Assembly: GCA_963727625.1 (NCBI GenBank)
Contig: CAVSHR010000004.1
Span: forward strand, 768,001-832,000
Length of the DNA stretch: 64,000 nt
Reading direction: 5' to 3'
DNA from: an uncultured delta proteobacterium
Lineage (GTDB): Bacteria; Desulfobacterota; Binatia; UBA9968
The notes below the pieces were generated by a model. The model saw only the letters and a program-made list of their open reading frames with translations. It was not told where the DNA came from and did no database searches. How positions within the stretch are numbered: position 1 is the stretch's first letter; each line of letters starts with the position of its first letter. A program made the position numbers and the translations under genes. Below are positions 1-9,757 of this stretch, one piece after another.

Positions 1-984
1 AGCGATCGGGCTTACGAGCGCGCCGGCGCAACCATCGTGGAATCAGCGGAATCGATCTGGCGACAAGCCGACATGATCATGAAAGTGAAGGAGCCGCAGG
101 AGTCCGAGTTTGCGCTCATGGGTGCGGGACTCATTCTCTTTACCTATCTGCATCTCGCCGCCAACGAAACCGTTACCCGTGCGCTGCTCGAGCGAAAAGT
201 CACGGCGATCGGGTACGAAACGATCCAGATCGACGACGGCTCGCTGCCGCTCTTGGCGCCGATGAGTGAGATCGCCGGACGGCTATCCATCCAGGTTGGA
301 GCCTGGTGTTTGCAAGCCGAAAATGGCGGCCGCGGGATTTTGCTCGGCGGCGCGTCCGGCGTTCGTCCCGCGAAAGTGGTGATTCTCGGTGCCGGCATGT
401 CGGGAACCGCCGCATGCCAAGTCGCGACCGGCATGGGCGCCCATGTCGGCATTCTCGACGTCAATCCTTCCAAGCTCCGCTACGTGCACGACATTCTCGG
501 CGGACGGTTGACCACCTTGATGTCCAACCGCGCCAATGTCGAAGAAGAAGTCGTTGATGCGGATTTGGTGATCGGCTCGGTCTTGATTCCCGGCGCCCAG
601 GCGCCCAAGCTGATTTCTCGCGCGCTCGTACGACGCATGAAGCCCGGCGCAGCCTTCGTCGACATCTCCATCGACCAGGGCGGCTGCGCGGAAACTTCCC
701 GTCCGACCAACCACCGCGCGCCCATCTATCTTGAAGAAGAAGTCGTGCATTATTGCGTGACCAACATGCCGGCGATCGTGCCCAACACATCGACCTATGC
801 ATTGACCAACTCGACGCTCTCCTACGGCTTGCAGCTCGCCAACCGCGGCTTTCCGCAGGCGCTGGCGCGAAACAGCGCCCTCGCCAGAGGGCTCAACACC
901 TACGACGGCAAAGTCACCCATGAAGGGGTGGCCAATGCTTTCAACTTGCCGTGGACCCCGATCGAGGAGGTGATCCACTCATGA
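1..984 (+). CDS. ald: Alanine dehydrogenase (5'-truncated by window edge)
   Basis: Frame open from base 1; motifs KVKEP, LFTYLHLAA, LPLLAPMSEIAGRL, GGRGILLGG, DISIDQGGC, HYCVTNMP. Confidence 0.95.
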   Translation, partial: SDRAYERAGATIVESAESIWRQADMIMKVKEPQESEFALMGAGLILFTYLHLAANETVTRALLERKVTAIGYETIQIDDGSLPLLAPMSEIAGRLSIQVGAWCLQAENGGRGILLGGASGVRPAKVVILGAGMSGTAACQVATGMGAHVGILDVNPSKLRYVHDILGGRLTTLMSNRANVEEEVVDADLVIGSVLIPGAQAPKLISRALVRRMKPGAAFVDISIDQGGCAETSRPTNHRAPIYLEEEVVHYCVTNMPAIVPNTSTYALTNSTLSYGLQLANRGFPQALARNSALARGLNTYDGKVTHEGVANAFNLPWTPIEEVIHS

Positions 985-1937
985 GACTGGTCACTCGCGC
1001 GGATTTCGACGGCCTGGTCTGCGGCGCGCTCGTCACCAAGTTTGAAAACATCGACGATTATCTATTCGTCGAGCCGAAGTTCATGCAGGACGGCCTGGTG
1101 AATATCCGCACAGGCGACATCATCACCAACCTGCCCTACCACCCCAACTGCACGCTCTGGTTCGACCACCACATCACCAATACCACGCCGGACTTTCCCC
1201 AGCCGATCATGCTCGGCAAAGGCGGCTTTCGTCTGGCGCCAAGCGCGGCGCGGGTGGTTTATGAATACTATACGCAAATAGGCAGTAGGCGTGAGGCAAC
1301 AGGCAATAGTAAGAGTTGGCCCGAGGAGATACTTCCATTTTTGAATAGCGAGCGGATTGTATATCTGCTGCACGAGGCGGATCGGATCGACGCCGGCAAG
1401 CTCGAACAATCAGACGTGCTCGATCCGCAGGGCTACGTTTTGATTTCCATGACCACGGACGGGAGAAACGCCGGCGACGAGTCCTACTGGCTAAAGATCA
1501 TCGATCTGCTGCGCGATCAGACATTGGAAGAAACGCTCAACGATCCCCAAGTCAAACGGCGCTGCCAGCAGATCCGCGACGAACAGGGAAAACTACGAAA
1601 GCTCTTACTGGAACGCGCCGAGCTAAGAGCAAACGTCGTCTACGTCGACTTGCGCGGCGTCAAAGAGATCCCCGACGGCAACCGGTTTTTGATCTTTACG
1701 CTGTTTCCTCAAGGCAACATCCAGGTGAAAGTTGCTCACGACACCCAGCGTGAAAACACCACGGCAATTTCCGTCGGCTACAATATTTTCAACCCGACTT
1801 CCAATGTCAACGTCGGCGAACTGCTGGCGAACTACGGCGGCGGCGGCCACAAAGTCGTTGGCTCCAGCCGCGTGCCCAACGACAAGGCGGAGCAGGCGAT
1901 TAAAGAAATCGTCGAAGCGGTGACTGAAAAGGCATGA
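981..1937 (+). CDS. DHH-family phosphoesterase (nanoRNase/exopolyphosphatase-like)
   Basis: ATG at 981 overlaps the ald stop (ATGA); motifs RLVTRADFDG, FDHH and C-terminal GGGGH. Confidence 0.85.
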   Translation: MRLVTRADFDGLVCGALVTKFENIDDYLFVEPKFMQDGLVNIRTGDIITNLPYHPNCTLWFDHHITNTTPDFPQPIMLGKGGFRLAPSAARVVYEYYTQIGSRREATGNSKSWPEEILPFLNSERIVYLLHEADRIDAGKLEQSDVLDPQGYVLISMTTDGRNAGDESYWLKIIDLLRDQTLEETLNDPQVKRRCQQIRDEQGKLRKLLLERAELRANVVYVDLRGVKEIPDGNRFLIFTLFPQGNIQVKVAHDTQRENTTAISVGYNIFNPTSNVNVGELLANYGGGGHKVVGSSRVPNDKAEQAIKEIVEAVTEKA

Positions 1938-2007
1938 GGCGACAGGCGTGAGGCACGAGTCCGAAAATCTTGCTGTTGCCTCACGCCTCGTGCCTCGCGC
2001 CTAGCCT
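1930..2007. repeat. Inverted arrays of AGGCRNN heptamers forming a hairpin
   Basis: aggcatg aggcgac aggcgtg aggcacg ... gttgcct cacgcct cgtgcct cgcgcct agcct. Confidence 0.8.
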
Positions 2008-2009
2008 AT

Positions 2010-2342
2010 ATGAAAGTCCTAAAGATCCGTCAGGCACTCAAAAGACTCAAGAAGCTCAACGAGGAAATCTATTACGCCGATTGCTTCTCCGAAAAACAAT
2101 TCACCAGCGGCCTGATCGCCTTCCGGCCGACGAAACATTCGAGCCCCAATCAGATCAATCACGCCGACAAAGACGTCGTCTGCCATGTCGTCAAAGGCAG
2201 CGGCCGGCTGCGGGTTGACGGCAAGCGTATTGCGCTAAAGCCGGGAATGGTTTGTCACATCCCGAAGAGAACCCCGCATGATTTTACCGCGGGGAAAAGC
2301 GGTGATCTGATTTTGTTCTATTCGTTGATTAAAACGGCCTAG
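2010..2342 (+). CDS. Cupin-domain protein
   Basis: H..DVVCHVVKGSGRL ... GMVCHIPKRTPH cupin motifs. Confidence 0.8.
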   Translation: MKVLKIRQALKRLKKLNEEIYYADCFSEKQFTSGLIAFRPTKHSSPNQINHADKDVVCHVVKGSGRLRVDGKRIALKPGMVCHIPKRTPHDFTAGKSGDLILFYSLIKTA

Positions 2343-2423
2343 CTCGTAACCGACCCGGACGGTCGTGAGTTTTTGACATCGGCGCGAGCGGCGATTTTCG
2401 CGCCGATCCAATCTAACGATCCA

Positions 2424-2480
2424 GTCATCCCGAACGGGGACGCGGGGGATGCAAGTTTTCTCGCTCCGCTCGAAATGACA
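2424..2480. repeat. Degenerate palindromic miniature element (GTCAT...ATGAC family)
   Basis: gtcatcccgaac ... ttctcgctccgctcgaaatgaca; related copies at 13653, 25817, 34526 and 59561. Confidence 0.6.
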
Positions 2481-2530
2481 CGATGATTAAACTCCAAATA
2501 TTTTTTACCTGATCAGCGATGGCACTCCCC

Positions 2531-3730
2531 TCACCACCACTTCGTCGGCTCGTATTTCGCTTTTAAAAACCCGTCCCACACGGCCGAGGCCGGCTTGGGC
2601 CGGCGATCGCTGGTCTGCATGCCAACGTAAGCCCAGAGTTTTGCCAGGTCGGCAAGCGGCGGGCGAAGGCGAGCGACCAGGCGATCGGAATCGGTGGTGG
2701 CAAAATTGATGACGAATTCGTAGCCGTCGCGGGCGGCGGTTTTGAGCAGATACTCGGTGAACTCGGCCTGGTCGTTTTGGGAGCCATAAAGCGTGGTGTT
2801 GTAAGACTTCAGATCGACGCTTCGCGAGGTCATGCCGCTTTCGGAAATCGCGATGCCTTTCTTGAAGCGCGTGGCAAAATCGAGAAAGCGCGGCGGCACC
2901 GGCCGCTGCATTTCCGCGCTCATGTGCGGGTAAAAGCTCATGGCGAACAGATCGCTGTAGCGCATCATGTCCGCCACTTCTTTCTCCTGATTCTTGCCCT
3001 TGGCCTCTCGCGTCAGGCGCCGGTAGTGCAGCACCTCGGTGGTAAAAAACACCGGCAGCGAGCGGTAGATTTTCTTGACTGCGTTATAGGTATCGCGATG
3101 CAGCTCTTTGAGCTGCCGCCATTTGGATTGATCCCGCGACAGCAATACATTGGATTCGACGCCGATCGCAAGATAATCGGGCCGCATCGCTTGCACCGCC
3201 CGCAGGACGAAATTGAGATAGGCCCGCTTTACCCGAGGGCTGTTGAGCGCCTCGGTGCTCCAAGGCCGCGGCAGGGGCAGGTTGTCGGTCTCGCCCCAGT
3301 AGGGCGCCAAGCCCCGTTTGTCCTTGTTGAGCGGCGAGATCGACAGAAACAATTTTTTCCCAGGCCCCGGGCGGTAGCTCAGATTTTCTTGGACGTCTTT
3401 CGAAAAAGGCTTGCCAGCAAGCGCTTCAGGCCAAGGAATGCCGCCGATAAACATCACTGAAACGATGTCGCCGTGGGTTTGCGCGTAGTCGCGCGCGGTT
3501 GCGACACCCTCTTCGTTTAAGTCGGCGGGCCAAAGCGTAAAGCCCATGTAGAACGGTCGGGTTGTCGGGCCGCGATACTGCGGTAGAGGCGCCAGCGCAG
3601 GCGGCTGCGGCGCAGCCGGCGCGGCATCCCGGCGCTGGCGCGCGGGACCCATAAAGCCGTCTCCGGCACAAGCGGCGAGAGTTAAGAGTGCCAGCAAAAC
3701 CACCGACCACCGGGAAATGCGAATTGCCAT
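2531..3730 (-). CDS. Lipoprotein with probable glycoside-hydrolase-like TIM barrel
   Basis: Start MAIRISRW at 3730 with lipobox LTLAAC; PDYLAIGVESN and IAISESG resemble clan GH-A acid/base and nucleophile segments. Confidence 0.6.
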   Translation of the reverse strand: MAIRISRWSVVLLALLTLAACAGDGFMGPARQRRDAAPAAPQPPALAPLPQYRGPTTRPFYMGFTLWPADLNEEGVATARDYAQTHGDIVSVMFIGGIPWPEALAGKPFSKDVQENLSYRPGPGKKLFLSISPLNKDKRGLAPYWGETDNLPLPRPWSTEALNSPRVKRAYLNFVLRAVQAMRPDYLAIGVESNVLLSRDQSKWRQLKELHRDTYNAVKKIYRSLPVFFTTEVLHYRRLTREAKGKNQEKEVADMMRYSDLFAMSFYPHMSAEMQRPVPPRFLDFATRFKKGIAISESGMTSRSVDLKSYNTTLYGSQNDQAEFTEYLLKTAARDGYEFVINFATTDSDRLVARLRPPLADLAKLWAYVGMQTSDRRPKPASAVWDGFLKAKYEPTKWW

Positions 3731-3888
3731 AAGGGTCAATATTAAGCTATCGATATCAAGGGTCAAGCAATCGCGAAGGCGTCCCTTCCCTTGACTTAGC
3801 AAGAAATTCTCGGAGAATGAGGGAAACTTCAGAGGGCAGCTGAGCGCTCCATGGCACCATCCACGACTCGGTTGGGCGAACAAACATT

Positions 3889-4815
3889 TTGCAATTCGCG
3901 CAACGAATAAAACCGCTCGGCCTCGGCGTCATGTTCGCGCTGGGTATGGTTTCGTTCGCCGCCTGCTCTTCGCGTTCTGTTTCACCTGAGACGCGCTATG
4001 CCCCGGCGGGCGACCTTCTCGACATCGTGAAAGATTTTCAACGCTTGGCCAGGGAGGACAGCTATCGTTTCCCGATTCCTAAGGATATCACCGGGATCAA
4101 CATCATGAAGGCCACGCTGGTGCGCTTGGACGATTACGAGCGCAAAAATCCCAATCAGTACAGCGACATCGTCCAGTTCAACAAAGCCTTGGCCCTGCAA
4201 CGGTTGAGAGAATACGATCAAGCTGCGGCGCTCTTCCGCAAGGTGGCGGACAATGGCGGCCGCCTCGGCGCCGAGGCGGCCAAGAACGCCGAGATTCTCG
4301 ATGATTTCCTGCGTATCTTCGATCGCGCCGTGCCGACCGACGACCCGTTCAAATACATCGCCGGTCTCGACCAGAAAGTCGCCGCCTGGAATCAGCTCAT
4401 TCAAAAACACAAGGGCACACCCTACGAGTTTCTTGCGCGCGAAGAAGAAGAACGGATCGACCGGGCCAAGGTCGCTTTCGTCGAGGCCAATCGCTACCGC
4501 CTGAAGGAAGGCAACCAGCTGACCATCGTCGGCTTCAGCCAGCTGGTCACCAAACATCAGCAAAGCAAGAATATTTACCGCTATCTCATCGACTTCGGCG
4601 ACTTTTACATGCGACTTGCAAATGAGTATGCATCTCAGTACGATCCCGAGGGATTAATCTTCAATTTCAAGCTTTTGGACCAGTTTGTCAAATCGGCGCT
4701 TAAGCTTTACTCCGAAGTCGCCCAGGTCGACGGCATATTGGAAAAAATCGAGGCCCAGGGAAAGATCGAAGCGGCCCGCGGTTTTTTGGAAAAAATGACG
4801 AGACTCAATCGATGA
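3889..4815 (+). CDS. Hypothetical helical/TPR-like lipoprotein
   Basis: Lipobox VSFAAC; helical repeats such as QFNKALALQRLREYDQAAALF; stop overlaps the next ATG. Confidence 0.7.
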   Translation: MQFAQRIKPLGLGVMFALGMVSFAACSSRSVSPETRYAPAGDLLDIVKDFQRLAREDSYRFPIPKDITGINIMKATLVRLDDYERKNPNQYSDIVQFNKALALQRLREYDQAAALFRKVADNGGRLGAEAAKNAEILDDFLRIFDRAVPTDDPFKYIAGLDQKVAAWNQLIQKHKGTPYEFLAREEEERIDRAKVAFVEANRYRLKEGNQLTIVGFSQLVTKHQQSKNIYRYLIDFGDFYMRLANEYASQYDPEGLIFNFKLLDQFVKSALKLYSEVAQVDGILEKIEAQGKIEAARGFLEKMTRLNR

Positions 4816-7322
4816 AAATTAAAGCGCTCTTCGTGGGAATCGTGGTTTGGCTCTCCGGCTTTGGCGCTGTGATTGCGGCGGCTCACGCCAATGAGCTGGC
4901 CCTGGAAAAGATTCTCAACCCGGTCGCCGATTACGATCCCTTCGAGGCGCCCGCCGCCGCGGCGCCGAAATACTTTCCCGATGAGGTCGATCGCCGCACG
5001 CGCGATCTGTTGATCGACGCTTTGACCGATCGGAAAGACGCCCTGGCCGACCATCTGCGCTTTTTCCAAAAAGAAGACGCCCGGCTGCAGAAACAAAGCG
5101 GCTCCGTCACCGGCTTGAGCGAGCATGCGCAAGATCTCCTCAACAACACGATTGAGGACCGGGAACGTTACCTCGCGGCGCAGAAGCAAGCGATCAAAAA
5201 CGCCTCGACGCCGGTGCGCAAGAAATATCTCGAAGCCATCGTCAACAACGACGACATGAACCAGTCCGAACAATTGATGCGGCAAAGTTCGACCAATTTC
5301 TGGGGTGGCATGTTCAACCGCATGCTGAGCTCCGTGGACCTCGTCGGCGTGGCTTCAGGCAACTACATCGGTGCCGCCGCCGAGACCACGATCAACCAGC
5401 TTTATGCCCTGATGGACCGGGACATGCCTGTTGAAGAACGGCGCGCCCTCGCCCGCGACCTCGCCCACTTGAAGCGTTTTCCCGACGATCCGCGCAACGC
5501 GGAGATTCGCAAACAGGTCAAAGCTCTCGTCAAAAAGAAAAAGGATGCGTTGACGCGCAAGCAAGTCGCTAAAGCCGATGAAGCCTTGGGCAAGGGTGAA
5601 CCGGAGAAGGCGCTGTTTTTCATCGACATGGCGACGTTCATCGATCCGCAGTCCAAAGCGTTCGACGCTCTCCGCGAGCAAGCGACCAAGGCGCTGCGGG
5701 AGCTTGAACAGGCGCGCCAAAAAACCCTGGTGGCGCGACCGGATAGCAAAACCAGCGCCGAGCAGCGAGCCGACGTCAAGCTGCTGCTCGAGGCCCTGAC
5801 GCTGCGCGACAGCAATCATTTGCAGCGGGTCGCCATCGATATCGATAAAAAATATTCGGGCATGCCGCTGGCCGATGCCGCGCGCGACGCCGAAGCGGTG
5901 GCGCTGGAAATGAAAGGCTGGCGCGAGGCGGCGAAAAAAGCCATAGAGCAATTGGCCAAGTCTTCGTCGAATCCGGAAACCAAAAAACGCGTTGCCGCGC
6001 TGCTCACAAGCCCGGAGTACAACCTGCTTACGCCCTTTCAAGAAGCGCGCACCGAACGCCGCCTGCAATCGGCCAAATATGTTTTGTTCGGCGAAGACTT
6101 TCTCAAAAGAAATTTGCTTTTCGCTGCCGGCGCGATGGCGGCAGCCGGCCCCGGAGCAGTGGCAACCCTGGGCATGGCCAACGCCCTCATGGTGAGCAAC
6201 AATCTTTATCAGGTGATGACCCATAATCCGGTTTCGGCTCAGCCGGTGATCGATGCCGGCGTCGCCTATGTGCGCAACCATCCCAATTCGGAAAATGCCC
6301 GGGATGTCTACAAGGTTCTCGCCGACGCTTATGAAGATCGCGGCATGCTCGATCGTGCGATCAGCTACCATGAGCTGGCCGGTTCGCCGAAGGAAAAGAT
6401 CGACGAGCTGAAAGACAAAGCGGCGAAGAATTATCTCATCGCCGCGAGCAAGACCAAGGCACGCGCCAGCCGGGAATATTATCTGACCCAGGCGGTGGAT
6501 CAGAATCCCGACAGCCCAACCGCCGCCGAAGCCATCAAAAAACTCGCGCAATTGGCCAAGGACGAAAACCAAGGGCTGCGCATGAGCAAACAGTTTCTGA
6601 TCGAGAACCCCGAACTCTTCGGACCGCGGGGGCTAGGGCTAAAGGCTTCGTTGTTCGACGGCACTCCGAAAAATATGGAGATCGCAGAGCGCGGTGTGAA
6701 CTTGTTAAGCGACAACGAGATTTTGGTTTATTATCAGACACCCTGGGGGGTGAAGAGCCAGAGCTACCCGCTGGCCAAACCGATCTCTGAAAGCTTCTTC
6801 ATCACGCTGCGCGAGAAGAACCAACAAGTCGCTCTGGCCGACGTCAACCGGCGCGCCAAGGACAGCGTCGGCGGCATCAAAGATCTACCCGCGTCGATCG
6901 TCAAAGCCGAACGGGAGCGGCGCCGCGCCGCAGGCGAGGAGCGCGGCGAGGACACGACTTTTACACTGGTGCGCGAGGCCGGGGGATCGAGCGGCAATTA
7001 CCGGAAAGTTTTAGACTTCGATCTGCTGACCGAAAACGAACGCGATCCCGGCAGCAAGTATAAATTGCCGCCGATAGCGGGCAGCATCTCGGCCAGCCGC
7101 TTCAGCATGACCGGCGCGCTGCCCACCGGTTTGTGGGGCAGCCAAGTCGCCGTGGGCGGCGACAGCAGGAGCCCGTTCGCCGGGGTTCAAACGCCGATTC
7201 CGCTGCTCGAGGGCTTTATTCCCCTCGATTTTCTGATACAAGGTCGTCCCGGCGGCATTTCGGTCTATCCGAGAATTCACAGCACAGCAGATAACGGCGA
7301 AGATCCGGAACTTTATCGCTAG
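4812..7322 (+). CDS. Large exported hypothetical protein with TPR-like segments
   Basis: 836-aa ORF, Sec signal ending AAAHA, helical repeats, two Gly/Ala-rich hydrophobic stretches. Confidence 0.75.
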   Translation: MKIKALFVGIVVWLSGFGAVIAAAHANELALEKILNPVADYDPFEAPAAAAPKYFPDEVDRRTRDLLIDALTDRKDALADHLRFFQKEDARLQKQSGSVTGLSEHAQDLLNNTIEDRERYLAAQKQAIKNASTPVRKKYLEAIVNNDDMNQSEQLMRQSSTNFWGGMFNRMLSSVDLVGVASGNYIGAAAETTINQLYALMDRDMPVEERRALARDLAHLKRFPDDPRNAEIRKQVKALVKKKKDALTRKQVAKADEALGKGEPEKALFFIDMATFIDPQSKAFDALREQATKALRELEQARQKTLVARPDSKTSAEQRADVKLLLEALTLRDSNHLQRVAIDIDKKYSGMPLADAARDAEAVALEMKGWREAAKKAIEQLAKSSSNPETKKRVAALLTSPEYNLLTPFQEARTERRLQSAKYVLFGEDFLKRNLLFAAGAMAAAGPGAVATLGMANALMVSNNLYQVMTHNPVSAQPVIDAGVAYVRNHPNSENARDVYKVLADAYEDRGMLDRAISYHELAGSPKEKIDELKDKAAKNYLIAASKTKARASREYYLTQAVDQNPDSPTAAEAIKKLAQLAKDENQGLRMSKQFLIENPELFGPRGLGLKASLFDGTPKNMEIAERGVNLLSDNEILVYYQTPWGVKSQSYPLAKPISESFFITLREKNQQVALADVNRRAKDSVGGIKDLPASIVKAERERRRAAGEERGEDTTFTLVREAGGSSGNYRKVLDFDLLTENERDPGSKYKLPPIAGSISASRFSMTGALPTGLWGSQVAVGGDSRSPFAGVQTPIPLLEGFIPLDFLIQGRPGGISVYPRIHSTADNGEDPELYR

Positions 7323-7334
7323 GAGCAAACTCAG

Positions 7335-8093
7335 GTGAAAAAAGAATTACTACGCGGTATCATTTCCATCGTCGCCGGCCTGGTGATCTGGGAGTTCCTA
7401 GCCAGGCTGCTACTCGACAACGAACTCCTGATCCCGCCGCCGAGCAGCGTGCTTCGCTCTCTCTGGAGCCTTACGGTCGAAGGTAAATTGGGCCATCACC
7501 TGGCTGCCACGCTCTTGGAATTTTCCTACGGCTTCACCACCGCGTGCGTGATCGGCGTCATTTTGGGTTATCTGATGGGCAGGTACAAATGGGTCGATGA
7601 GCTGATGGACCCTTGGATCGCCACGCTTTATTCGATTCCGATCATTGCCGTCGTTCCGATCATTATTATCTGGTTCGGCATCGGGATGGTTTCCAAAATT
7701 ATCGTCGTGTTCAAAATTACCGTCGTCGCGATCATGCTCAACACCGCGGCTGGAATCAAGTCCCTGGACCCGGTCTGGCTCGAGCTGGCCAAATCAATGC
7801 GGCTCAGTTCCTGGGAAACGACCTACAAAATTCGCTTACCCGCGGCGTTCCCCCATATCATTACCGGTATGCGTTTGGGGGTTGGGCGGGCGCTTCTAGG
7901 CGTCATCGTGGCGGAACTGATGGCCGCCAATGCCGGCTTGGGCTACATGCTGAGAGACGCTTCTGAGACCTGGGACAGCCCTAAACTTTTTGTCACGGTC
8001 ATCCTCTTGGCCGCCATGGGGCTCATCAGCTTTAATCTGATCAAACGAATTGAACACCGAATCGCTCCTTGGCGCCAGTCCGCGGAGTGGTAG
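7335..8093 (+). CDS. ABC transporter permease (SsuC/TauC-like)
   Basis: Multi-TM; EAA-loop-like ELAKSMRLS; VIVAELMAANAGLG. Confidence 0.9.
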   Translation: MKKELLRGIISIVAGLVIWEFLARLLLDNELLIPPPSSVLRSLWSLTVEGKLGHHLAATLLEFSYGFTTACVIGVILGYLMGRYKWVDELMDPWIATLYSIPIIAVVPIIIIWFGIGMVSKIIVVFKITVVAIMLNTAAGIKSLDPVWLELAKSMRLSSWETTYKIRLPAAFPHIITGMRLGVGRALLGVIVAELMAANAGLGYMLRDASETWDSPKLFVTVILLAAMGLISFNLIKRIEHRIAPWRQSAEW

Positions 8094-8146
8094 ATCACCG
8101 AGTCGCCGGTTGTTGCGCTTCACAATGATTTATCCAGGATGAGATT

Positions 8147-8929
8147 ATGACTCTGATGCCAAATGTTTCATCTTCCATGATAAAAGTCGGATCGATTCTG
8201 GCCGGTTTGGTCGCCTGGCATGTGATATCCGATGTCATCATCCAGGATACGAGTTTAATCGTTTCACCGATAACCGTGCTCCGCACCGGTTACGACATGA
8301 CGTTCGTTACAGGAGAGCTCTATCCCCATTTAATTGCCAGCTCATGGATTTTCTTCTACGGGTTTTCGCTTGCCATCGTCGCCGGCGCAGGGCTGGGCTT
8401 CTTAATGGCGCTCAGCCCCTTGATCCGCGATTACATCAATCCTTGGATGGCCACCCTTTACTCGACCCCGCGAATCGCTTTTGCGCCGATTCTCCTTTTG
8501 TGGTTTGGCATCGGCGGCGGTTCTAAAGTCGCCATCGTGTTCCTCGGTTGCGTTTTTCCGATTCTCATCAATTGCTTTTATGGCATGCGCGTGGTCAACC
8601 GGGAATTCGTCGAATTGGCGCGTTCCTTTCGTTTAGGGAGATGGGCGTTGTTCTTTAAGATTTTGCTGCCGGCTTCCGTGCCGTTTATGCTGGCTGGAAT
8701 TCGTCTGGCGGTTGGTCGCGGCCTCACCGGCGTCGCCATCGCCGAGTGGTTCGGCGCCACGGAGGGCTTGGGTTATCTAATCTTTTTCGCCGGGCAAACT
8801 CTGAACATACCCATCTTGTTTGTCGGCGTGACTGCGTTCGGCATCCTCGGCGTCGCCGGATTTGAAGCGGTCAAGATCGTCGAGCACTACGCGACCCCTT
8901 GGCGGAATGGCTTGGAGGTCGGAGATTAG
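8147..8929 (+). CDS. ABC transporter permease (SsuC/TauC-like)
   Basis: Multi-TM; ELARSF; IAEWFGATEGLG. Confidence 0.9.
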   Translation: MTLMPNVSSSMIKVGSILAGLVAWHVISDVIIQDTSLIVSPITVLRTGYDMTFVTGELYPHLIASSWIFFYGFSLAIVAGAGLGFLMALSPLIRDYINPWMATLYSTPRIAFAPILLLWFGIGGGSKVAIVFLGCVFPILINCFYGMRVVNREFVELARSFRLGRWALFFKILLPASVPFMLAGIRLAVGRGLTGVAIAEWFGATEGLGYLIFFAGQTLNIPILFVGVTAFGILGVAGFEAVKIVEHYATPWRNGLEVGD

Positions 8930-8930
8930 C

Positions 8931-9731
8931 ATGGCGGGGGCGGTACTTGAGCTGAGAAATTTGACGAAGGAGATTCTTCGGCCGGGGCGGGACCCTTTCG
9001 TTATTTTTCAAAATATCAATCTCAGCGTCCAGGACGGCGAGTTTGTCAGTATCGTCGGACCTAGCGGCTGTGGCAAAACGACCTTGCTTCGAGTGATCAA
9101 CGGGCTTTTGCCCTACTCCGGCGGCGAAATTTATGTCGACGGCAAGCACGCCAAAGACGTTGACAGCGACCTTTTAATGGGATTCGTGTTTCAAGGAGCG
9201 TCGCTGCTGCCTTGGCGCACGAGTTTGAAAAACGTTCTTCTCGGTCTAGAAGGAAGAAATCACCGCCGCAGGGATTCCGAGAGTCTTGCGCGAAAATTCC
9301 TCGAGCTGGTTGGCCTGGCCGGATTTGAAAATCACTACCCGCACGAATTGTCCGGTGGTATGCAACAGCGGGTCAATCTCGCCCGCGCGTTGGCGATCAA
9401 TCCGCGAATTCTTCTAATGGACGAGCCTTTTGCCGCGCTCGATGCGCAGACGCGAAATTTCATGCAGATCGAGTTGCTGCGCATATGGAGAGAGGCACAA
9501 AAGACGGTCATTTTCGTCACCCACATGATTTCCGAAGCGATCTTGCTTTCCGATCGCGTCATAGTCATTAGTCATCGGCCGGGGACGGTTCGATCGGAGT
9601 TTCAAGTGCGCCTACCGCGTCCGCGAACCATCGAAGTACGATCCAACCCCCGTTTCGTTGAATTGGAAAACATCGTCTGGAAACAAATAGAGGAAGAGGT
9701 CAACGCCACCGGCGGTTTTGCAAAGCTTTAA
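8931..9731 (+). CDS. ABC transporter ATP-binding protein (SsuB/TauB-like)
   Basis: Walker A GPSGCGKT, signature LSGGMQQR, Walker B LLMDEPF; ATG at 8931. Confidence 0.95.
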   Translation: MAGAVLELRNLTKEILRPGRDPFVIFQNINLSVQDGEFVSIVGPSGCGKTTLLRVINGLLPYSGGEIYVDGKHAKDVDSDLLMGFVFQGASLLPWRTSLKNVLLGLEGRNHRRRDSESLARKFLELVGLAGFENHYPHELSGGMQQRVNLARALAINPRILLMDEPFAALDAQTRNFMQIELLRIWREAQKTVIFVTHMISEAILLSDRVIVISHRPGTVRSEFQVRLPRPRTIEVRSNPRFVELENIVWKQIEEEVNATGGFAKL

Positions 9732-9757
9732 TTGTTCCAATCTGAGAGGAGGATTTT

